Positions 51,701 to 62,500 of a DNA stretch of 64,000 bases are shown piece after piece (the stretch's first letter is position 1; each line of letters opens with the position of its first letter). The stretch lies in the NCBI GenBank assembly GCA_001643675.2, contig LSRY02000004.1, positions 2,108,001 through 2,172,000 on the forward strand, written 5' to 3'. A model generated the notes under the pieces. It made no database searches. It was not told the origin of the DNA and saw nothing but the letters and a program-made list of their open reading frames with translations. Position numbers and translations under genes: made by a program. The stretch comes from Monocercomonoides exilis PA203 (lineage: Eukaryota > Protista > Preaxostyla).

Positions 51701-53130
51701 GACAAAGAAGGAGAAGCGGAGGAGCCTGATGAAAGCACTGGCGAGGCTGAAGAGGCAGAAAGAGAAGGTGAAGATGAAGACGATGCAGTTGCCTTGTCTG
51801 CTTCTTCGACTGCTTTCAGCACAGCTTCAATCTCTGGTGGAAGTGGCTGTGCAACAATCGTTGGGGGAGGCGATGGTGGTGTGGGGGGTCGCGGGGGTAT
51901 TATTTCTTTTGGCTCAAATATTGGTTCCTCATCTGCATATATATCTCCGTTCAAACCAGCTTCTCCTCCGGCTGCCGATGCAGAAGCAGATGAATCAGCA
52001 GAGCCTTGCTGAGGCCCCCTTCGCAATCTTGGTCTTCTCCTTGCAAACTTCAATATGTTATCAGAAGGTTCGATTTCCTCCTCTTCATTTTGCTTTTCAG
52101 ACATTTCGATCCTTCCTTTGTCCATTCTTCCTCCTCGCCTTGCTCTGGCTGCACCAACACGAATCGTTCGTTTCACTCTGCGACTGTCATCATCTTCAAC
52201 TTCTTCATATTGAATTGGCTCTGTTTTCAAAGGAGTAGGTGCTCCTCTTCCTCTTCCAACACCTCGTCCTGCTGCTCCTCCTTGTTCGACACCAACAACT
52301 TGTCCAGATCCTCTTCCAGTACCTGCTCCAACAATTGCAACGATTGAGCGAAACTTACCGCTCATCACGCGCACCCATCTCCCGTCCTTTTTCACCCAAC
52401 GTGCTCCAGTTCTTGTTCCAGTGATTGGCTTTAGGACTTGTCCAGTTGCTCCGTAAAGCTTTGCTCTCTCTTTGACGGATAATCCGGATATTGAAATAAT
52501 ATTGGCGCGAGGCTTAGGAGCACCAGAAACAGAGCCAGGAACAGATGTTACTCGGCTTACTGATAACTTTATTGGTTGTGGTTGTGCTTTTTCCTTTGGC
52601 AAAAATGCCAATGGATGCTGTTTATCGTATTGCATTCCATTTGCTATAGCTTCTATAAATATATCGTGCAAAATTAAAGTTAAATATTGTCTTCTGTGAA
52701 TTACAAAACTATTAACAAACCTTCATATCCTTTATCAGAAAGCAGGCCACTTGATTTTAACTCAGCTAAAAGTCCAGAAAATAGTTCAAATTTTAAATAC
52801 TAATAATAGCACATACATTCAGATGCTTTATAAAACTCATTTGAAATGAAGGTTGCCATTTTTAGTGAGACTCCACAACTGGCAACACGTGAAAGAAACA
52901 AAAGACGCTTCTTTGGATAAACATATCTATCTCTAAAATCTGTCATTGAAGTTGCGCATCTAGCGATACATTCTGCATAAAAATCAGGTTTATCGAGTGC
53001 ATCCCAGTCAATTCCAACAGAATGTACCCATTCTGATAAAATATGTGTTTTAAAGAGAACAAATCATTATCAATGAAATATCAAAAATAACGAAAGCCAT
53101 ACGAGAATCGGGCTTTGCGTTCGAGGTCAT
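39768..53130 (-). CDS. Giant (~4,370 aa) protein: 19 copies of an unrecognised ~75-aa domain, an alpha-kinase-like pseudokinase and ARM repeats
   Basis: 4182-aa ORF plus three small 5' exons (ATG 53130) and a final exon (39768-~40034), joined by phase-compatible GT-AG introns. The repeats and motifs are read directly from the translation. Confidence 0.85.
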
Positions 53131-53597
53131 ATACTGTCTTTTTAAATGAAAATTTATCAAATATTGATCTCACCCTGTATTTATTAAATCGAAAATTCTT
53201 TCAGATTATTTTTTAAGTTTTATCACATTCATAATCAGCTTTCTTGTTTTCAAATAATTAAAATTCAAAAAAATAAAATAGATTGCGTAAGTTTTAAAAA
53301 TAAATGAACGCAACAAACAATTATTTAGAGAGAAATTTGTTCAAAATAGAAAATCAATTTTGAATAACAATAAAAAAGTTCCGCAACATTTTAAAAAGCA
53401 AAAAAAAAAATTTGAAAAATACAGCAATAAAATAATTTTATTAAAAAAATTAAAAAAGCATAATTTTTAAGAAAAATAAGATAACAATAATTCGTTTTGG
53501 CAAAATCTCAAATGTTCTCAATGGAGATAAATTTGGAATCCAAAGCAAATTCCTTCCAAAAGCAAGAATTAACAGCATTCACAATTTTATCATTTTC

Positions 53598-56500
53598 CTA
53601 CTTTGAGATATTCAAAGTCTCCAAAATTTCGAATTTTCTCTCGTAAGTCATCAAATCAAGAAGAAACATGGCGGTTGAGTCTGCAACGCTGCTTGCAAAT
53701 GGAATAAGATGAGAAATTTCCGTTTGTGAAGCATTTTGTTCCTGTTTGTCTAGCAAACTCAGAAGCAGCTGAGAAGAAGCATACAAGCCATTCAAAACAT
53801 ATCGGCGCGATGACATCTTCTTTTGGGGCAGTCCAGTCCAAATGGCATTCTTTTCACTCTGTTCTTTCTTTATCTTCCTGTTTCTTTCTTTCTCTTCTTT
53901 CATCGACTGTTTGATTGCCATCTTGAGCTGATACTCCTCATCATCAAATCCTTTGGACGCATCCACACTTCCATCAAAGTATGTCTCTTCGCTTTCATCT
54001 GAGCCATTTTCTGAATCACTTTCTTTGCTGTTGCTTTGCTCGAATTCTTCTTTTGTAGCCAAATATTCAGATGAGTCTCTCAAAAATGCCTCTTTTATCT
54101 TCTGCTTCACTGCATCAGATGCAAATTGATACAAATGCACAAGCAGAAGCTCTCGTACTCCTATTCCTGCTGAAAGTGCAGCCTGTTCTTTTTCATCCAA
54201 CACTTTGTACAGATGTTTTTCTTTGCTTGCTTTTCCTTCGCTAAGATTGTTTGTAGAACTTGCAGAATTTTCACCAGAAAGCATCTGCAAATCATCTTTT
54301 TGTTTTTCATCGACAGAAGACAGAAATTCTCTCACTCGCTCAGCTGTGTCCACTTCATTCCTCCACTTATCGAATGTCTTGTTCAACAAAACTGACGCAT
54401 AAAAGCCGAATGCGGCAATTATTCTCAAATCAAATGACAGCTCCGTTGTGTTGACTGGTAAAGGAGAAGTGAACGGAACAAGCGAAGAAGGCGACTGCAC
54501 AACAGCTGCATTTGTTGACTGTTTTCTCTCTGGGAAGTCTTCTCGCAGCAGAGGGAAGAACAAACGATTGGCGTAGGCAGAATGAGGGGACGTGGTGTGA
54601 TGAACACATCTCTTTGTTTCAGAGCATGTGCAAACACTTCCCACACGCTGCACAAACTGCGGGGCTGAACAGATCGGAGTCTGAGGACTGATCAAAAAGC
54701 AGGTTGAAACCAACGGTGAACGGGAAGAACGATCCAAAGAGGGAAGCAATGAGGATGGGAGATATGAAGGCTTGCACAGAGATCGAATGGTGTTTAGATA
54801 ATTGTTGTCAACACACAAAAGCGCATCCTTTGAATGAGCAGAATCCAATGAAGATGATTCTGATGATGCTGATGATGATGTGGGGAAAAGATTATTCTGT
54901 GCATTTTGAATAAGACGATCCAAATGATGAGTTGGAACCGAAATCGTTGTATGAATAAGATCAGGTGGTGTGGAAAGTTCCAACGAGAAGAATTTGACTC
55001 CAATCAACATCCTTGCAAATTGCTCTTCAGCAGACGATGAAGAAACAGCAGATGAAGAGCTCTTATTGTCTTTAACTTTGTTCTGTGGCTTCTGCTCTTT
55101 TGAAACTAGCTTCTCCGTCCCAACAACATCTGCCATTCCCATCTCATCCAAAAGCTGTTGCTTTTGCTCCATTCGCATTTCTGTGCTTCCAGATCTGTTT
55201 GCTCCTGTCTCGTTTTCTTGCACTTCTGCCAGGCTGCCAAAGCCACGTTCTGGATGATGAACTGAATCAGATGGTGAAGCATTTGCACTTTCAGTTTCGT
55301 TTTCACCATTTTTACTTCCAACTTCGATGTCAGTTGGTGGCTCAAAGAGTGAATCAGTAATCACAGGGCGAGCGCGGAAATCTGGTGGCTCTTTAAGTTC
55401 TTGTTCCTCTTCAGTACTGTTAATTCCTTTATTCGAATAAGATGAAGCCGAAGATGGAGATGATGATTGAGATTGTGTAGAATAATTTGAATAAGAAGAA
55501 GGTTCCGATGGAGGCGGTATTGGACGAGGTCTGTTTGCCTGGGGATTCATCATTGACTGCGCAAGCGATGACTGATATTCTTGATTCATTGAATTTCTTG
55601 TTGCACTTGCGACAATTGATGCTGCAACCATCGCTGCCTGCATTCTCAGGCCAGAAAGCTCATCATCTTCTTCCTTCAAATCTCCAGCAGCTTCTGTTCC
55701 TGCAGGTGGCTTGTATGTCTCAGAAGCACTCAAAGATGAGGAAGAGGTGCGAGAAGAGGATGGGCCTATGTGAGGGATTCCTTTTGCATTCGAACGTGAA
55801 TTCGCAGTCTGGTTTGTCTTTCCATCAAACAATGGATTCTTTGTGAAGGCGCCACTGGAAGTGCTGCTGTGATCAACAGAGCTCGAAGAAGATGAGCTAC
55901 AACTTGACTTATTTTTATTCTGTTCATATTCAGTACCTTCTTTTGAATGCTGAGTAATAAATCCATCCTTCGTGATGTCGACATTGTACTTCGCCATCAG
56001 GTATTGACCCAGTGCTTCAATGATGTCGCTTGCGAGTGGGTCGTGCTGATCAACAAGCAGCGACAGCACAGACAAGCAGCGGAGCCTCACCTGAAGCGGA
56101 TAGATGCTGCTGAGCATTCGCAAGCACAGCGTTGAAATGAGCTGAAGTGTCTCATACTCCATCTTGTTGACTAATTCAATGCCTGTTGTCACATCTATTG
56201 AATTGATTACTGCATTGTTGCCTTCACTCACATTGAACAGCACAATGCTATCTGCACAGAGCGAAGGCACTTCCTCTTCCTCATCTTCTGGTGACTGAAG
56301 GTTCTTCTTCTTCCTTTCTTCTTCCGATTCAAATCTTTTTACCTCGTTCTTCATCATCACCCACTCCTTCACCACCAGCTCAATTATGTCCATTGCATAG
56401 ACAGCGCTGTGAAGAACAGATGTTTCGTCCCACATCGCATAAGCGAGTGTGTACACGCTGCTCTCTCCAGTCAAATTCTTCAGCATATGCGCAAATCCGG

Positions 56501-59500
56501 AGTGGTTTTCAGTCAGAAGAACAAGAGCGACTTTTCTTCTCAGCGAAGGACTGTCAAACAACCGAGATGGACGAAGAATGCGATCAACAGCTGCGTTGCA
56601 CGATATTGTTTCGTGAAGAAGCGAAGAATGATGAAACGGGAGAGAAGAAAATGAAGGAGAGAAAGAAGAAGAAAACGTTGGAGTAATTGAAAATGTTGGA
56701 TTGATCTCAGAAGGAGGAATTTGAACGAATGAGTTGTGTGATGTAGCCATCAGGTGGAGAAGACGAGGTGTGTGTTGTGTCAGCATTGCCATCATGAAAT
56801 ATGCAGTGGAATATGAATGAGTGAAAGAACGAACAGAACGGAATTTGTGGAATAGCTTGACGATAAAGAATTCAAAGTATGTTGAGGCTTTTCCATAAAA
56901 CTTCTGACGTTCATCAAGCTTAACAGATGAAGAAAATGAAGATGCCAAAGCAATCTCTTCTTTATTTTCTTCTTTGCTTTCATCAGAAGCAATTTCAGAT
57001 GAGTTCTTAGTTGATGTTGACTGGCTGAGTTCCCTTTCAATCTCTTCTCGTTCAGCAGCACCGACATTCTCGTCAATGAGAAAATGAGCAAAAGCGTTGA
57101 AAATCGGAGCGGAGCGCGGGAAAGAGAAAGGATTCGCGTAGAACCTTCCAAAGCAGAATGTCGTGTAATTCTGAATAACTATTTTTTCAAATGCATTCAT
57201 CTTATGACTGCCCTTATTATTTGTGCTTTGTGCAGATGCACTTGAAGTAGCTGAATCACTCGAAGCCTTTGAATGCTTCTGCTCTTCAGCAAGAAGCCTT
57301 TCCTTGTTGTGCACCCAGTACACACACAAATTACAGAAGAAGCTCATACACGTCTGGAACATCTCATCAGAATACAGCAAGAACTGGTTGACATCAGCTG
57401 CAAAGTATGGCAGGATAGGCAGATGCTCCAACATAAAGCGGCTAAATGGCAGCGGAGACGAGCGAAGGATCCATTCGCAGCATTTGCTTTCTCTTCCGAT
57501 GACTGTGTCCATCAGTTGCATCACACCCAAAAAGTTCAGATTGCACAGCTTGTCTGTGTTGTACACTTTCCACAGCAGCTCCAAAAGAAGAGGCAGCCGT
57601 GTGGCAAGTGCTTGAAGTCCCATTCGCTTAGTTGTGCCGTGTGACGAAGGAGGAGATGACAGAACAAGAGACAAGTCATCCAGCTTCTGTGACGTTGGGA
57701 AGACTGCAACAAATCTTGAGGGCTGCGAGGAAGAAACAGAAGCATGCGAGGTGGAGGCTGAACTGTCAGCAGACTTTTCAGTCGTTTCTTGTCGAGGCTT
57801 TGCATCATTATTTGTGAATTCTGTCAGATAATCATTCCACATCTGCTCTTTCTTGAGTATCACATCTTCTGCTGGATCTTCTTCTGGAACATCGCGTGCA
57901 AACCACATAAGAAGTGCGAGGTATGATGTCATAATCCAGTGATGACGAATGACAGTCTCAACATTGTCAGAGTGGTACAAAAAGCGTGTTTCAAGCTTCG
58001 ATTTATCATCTGCATTCAGAACATTTCGTGAGTCCAAATGTGAAAGCAGGCAAGAATACACATTCAGCGCCAAATGCTCAAAGATTGGATATTTCTCCAG
58101 GTCAGAATCAACATGAGGGTTCACATCAAGATGCAGTGGAAGCGGCTCTGTGACCTTTGTCGTCTCTAAAATTTCCATTTCATTCATCTCTCTCTTCAGC
58201 ACATCAGCCTCACTCATCCCTTCCTTCGCCTCATTCTCCCAATGCTGCTGGCGCCAAAGTGTAGCCAGAGTCTTCTCAGCACCTGGATTCACATCAGGCG
58301 AGTTGTGGAGCAATGTTGAAAGAGGAGATGTGTATTGAGCAGTTGGCTGAAGATCCATTGGTGTTTGATAGAGAGAGAGAAGCACTCCCTTTTCAATGTC
58401 TTCCTTCAAATCGACTTCAGTTTGGAAGGTTGGAGAGAGACGCGCATATTCAGGCAATGCGTCTTTCTTCCACTCCACCTCTTTAAATTCGAGATGTGCA
58501 ATGTCTGACGATGGCGGTGGAAGAGAACCACAAGTTGTGCTATCGTTGATGGGAACAAGAGAGAACGGCTCAAACGATTCTGTGCCGGACTTTGTGGCAG
58601 AATTGCCTTTTATTGAAGGCAAAACATAAGGCACCAACACAGATGGTCTTGACAGAATGCGAGGAAGAGTGAAGAAAGATGCATGGAATGAATTGGACAA
58701 ATACTCAAAGCCTTCAACACGGCACAAATGTGACGGAGCGAATGACCAAGAAGAAGATGAGATAGAGGAATCGAACGATGAAACGGGGATTGCAATGCCT
58801 GAGGAAGAGAGCAAGGAATCTGTGAAGGTAGATGGTGCTGTTGTAGTGTTCAGCATGCTATTTGATGCTGTTATTGGAGCATTTGGATCATCGAGCATTG
58901 AATAAGGCAGACACGAAGTCGATGATGAAGACGCCTCGATTGGCAACTTCATTTTGGCTGAGGCTGCTTTGTCTCCTTCTTCTGTACTGTCGTCAATCAG
59001 ATAAGGTGCAAATGAGAAAGGAGTTGTGTGCAAAAATGATTTTTTCATTGGGAACGGAAGCTTCGAAGACCAGTTCTTCAGCAATTCTGAGACCGTTGGC
59101 AACACTTCGGTTGTCCTCACTCCGTATTTGCCTTTCAAATCTTTTGGCAATGAAGAAACAGAACTCAAGTGCTCTTGCATTGCTGCTCCCTTCTCTTTTC
59201 TCATTCTTCTGTGTTTCTCTTTCACTTCCTTCTTCTTCTTGTTCACAAAGAACATAACATCATCTTCTCTCTCTGCGCCATTATCTTCCAGCATAGCCAC
59301 ACGAAGTGCTCTCGAAATGGCTTCCCTAAGTGGATAAGTCATTTTGCTGTATGTGCCTTTCACAAGTTCTGATAGAATATTCATTCCCAATGAAACAGTT
59401 TGTGAATCATTTGAATTCTTGCCAACTTTTGTGCTTTGCTCCTCTTTAGCTTTTGTCTCTGCATTTTCCTCAGTTTTCGATTCATTCGCTTTTTCTGTTT

Positions 59501-62500
59501 CTTCTTTTGTTTTGTCTCCTTCTATTTGCATGACAGTATGTTCTGCTTGCTGTTCATTGTTGTCTGATTGCTTGATTCTGTTGCATCCTCCTGCGATGAA
59601 ATGTGCAAATGTGCTGTTTTGTCTGCACAAAGCGGCAAATGCAAATAGTGGATGAGTCTTGAGTCCATTCCAGACATCTTTCATTATAACCGTCAAGAAC
59701 GCGTCGAGGACAAATAGAATTGGATAGAAGTGCGCCACACGTGTCTGCAGAGAAATCAGGCGCCTTGTGAAGAGAGACGAAAGAGAAGCAGCTGGTTCTT
59801 CGGGCAAGTCGATTGAAGGGTCAATGTCTTCGTCTTTCTTGCTCATTGCGATGCCGATCGTAGATGCAATTGAGGAAGAAGACGCTGAAGATTCTGAAGC
59901 TGATGATGAAGAATTAAGCGTTTCTGTGATTGATTCGAGACGCAACAAAAGCAATTTTTGCTCAATTGAATCATCGTCTTCTTCAACAGCCGCTGTGCTT
60001 TTAATCTCTCCTTCTTTATTGATGCTGCATTCACTCAGATTATCCACTTCAAGCTGCTTCATCAGTTTGCTCAGTTTATGCTCACTGGAAGATTCAGAAT
60101 CATCTTCACCAATTTTTCCATAGCTTTTCCACCATTTCCACAATTTCTCTTCGAATACTCCGGCTGGATATATATCTTCCTCTTCTTTTTGGCTTATCTC
60201 AACTCCTTCTTTTTCTCTGTCCCATTCTTCCTCTTCTCTCTCAAACTCATTATCATTCGCATAATAAGGCCGTGTGCAAGGCGTCATCAGCAGGTCGAAG
60301 AACACAGCCACAAACAATTTTGGCTTTTCAGCTTTGTTCATCAGATAGACAAAGAAATTGCCCCAGTTGAACATCTCGTTCGGATAGCGTCTGCAGGAGC
60401 ATGCAATAGCAGAAGACAGCAGACGAGCAGGAGAAGCAACATCCAGAATGATTGCAGGCAGCTTATCCAATGCGAATAGCGAATACGGGTGCAGAAGCGG
60501 AAGGCGAGGCAGTTTTGGATCTTCCTTAGGCATGTTTGTTGGGGAGTACAATCTTTCGAAAGAAGGAGGAGGCAGCTGATACGGCTGGTTGATTGTGGGA
60601 ATGCCCAGAGCACCTGCGTGATGCTCAGCCAGCGACACCAGCCGCGTCTGCCAGTATTCAGGCATCCCAACAGAGGCAGAGCAGCAGACAGCAGCAATCG
60701 CCTCCATTACCACAAACATCACGTGCGATAGAGTTGTCTCTGAGAATGAAAGAGAGAACTTTGAGAAGGAAGAAGAAGAGGACGAAGATGCAGCAGAAGA
60801 AAGCTTAGATTCCAGTTTGTGTTTGTTCCATGGATAAAACGATTCTGTGCCTAACACAAAGTCAGACATCCGCTGAGAGAAGTGGTGGGACACGAGAATG
60901 CCTGCTGCATACGGCGAGATCAGCGCAAAGTCCTTGAAAAGAAGGAAGAGAGGAACAAACTTGTCGGCGCTGCCCTGTTGGCGCGGCAGGAAATCGAGAA
61001 GAATGAGAATAAAGTGGGAGATAAATGAAAGAGTGCTTGGAGTGCTTGGAGAAGGAACTGAAAGGAAAGAGTGGGACTTGTTGAACTTATCGAATATGAC
61101 ACTAGTTGAAGGAGATATACCCTCATCAAATGAAATAGAATGAAAGCTTTTTTCCTTCTTTGCAACATAAACTGTTGGAACGGATTCATATTCTTCGTCA
61201 AACTTTCGATCTTCAATTTCTTTAGCTTTCGCTTTTGCATTCACAAAATATTCCTTCAGCTGAGTGAGAGAGATGCCCATTTCTTTGCACAGTGCCTCTC
61301 TCTTGCTTGCTTCGGTGTATGGATAAGGGGAATTCGGATTCTCTTGTGCGAATTCGAGATCCTCTGGTTTCAGCTGGAAGTGAATATGGAGCCTTGCCTC
61401 AACACATCTTTGCTCTTTCTCTTCCTCTGTCATTGATTCAGCAAGTGACTGCAATTCTTTCTTCTTCTCTGCCTTTTTCAATGCATCGTTGTATTCTGCA
61501 ATGCGCCGTTTGGCTTCTTCCTCCTTCACAGCCTTCGGGAAGATTGTAGAAAGAGCACAAAGAAGAAGACGACAGAAACTTGTCCGCATTGCGAGATCGC
61601 TGCACTCAAAGAAGAACTGAGTCAGCAGCGATGGCGGATCCTCTTCAGACGCTGGCATCAAAATGGCAGCAGCAGACGACGAAGCTGAAGCTCCGCAGAG
61701 CTTCTTCTTCTCTTCCTCTTTCAGCTCAGCATTTGCTGTTTTCCTCCTCTTCTCTTCGCTCAGCTCATCAACAAGCACTTTGAGGAAGCTATTTGCGACT
61801 GACGGGTGGCGCGTAAGGACGCCTTCGATCTCTTTCATCCACTCCACAAAACGCGGCTTGGCCTTTGCGTGCGAATGGACACGCAGCAAAAACAGAAGCC
61901 ATGTGACAAAGAAGTCATCTGAACACAAGGAATCTTTAGAAGATGAAAGTTTTGAGTCAACTGTCTCTTCACTTACCTTTTGAGTGCTTTGAGTTTGACT
62001 CTCAGATGATGAAGCGGTTGAGGAGTCTGCAGAAGTTGAAAGAGCAGGAAGTTTGCTCAAGTTAAATTCTGCCCAATTCAACGAACTCCACTTCTTCTCC
62101 AATTGGCTTTCTTCCTTTGAAAGTTCCTCTTCGATGCGTTTCAATTCTTCCTCTTCCTTTGCTATCAATTCTTTTCGAACGGCATTAAGTTGTTTCTTTT
62201 CATTGCTTTCTTTGCTGAGCTTTGTTGCATTTCCCTCATTTCCTTCTCCTTTTCCTTCTCCTCCTTTCTCCTCCATCTGCCCCATCTCAACCAGCTCATT
62301 CAGCTGGCTCTGCATGCGCAGATTTTCCCACTCGCTTTTTCTCCTTCGCCAGTCTTCTCTTCGCCTCAGCAGTTCGCTGCAGACCTTCACATCTTCGCTG
62401 TTCATCGCCACAAATGCGTCGTGGAAGGCGTTTGCATACGAAAGCGAAAGGAAGTGAGCCTCGCGGAAAAGATTGTTGTTGTCAGTCTCAATGGACTGCA

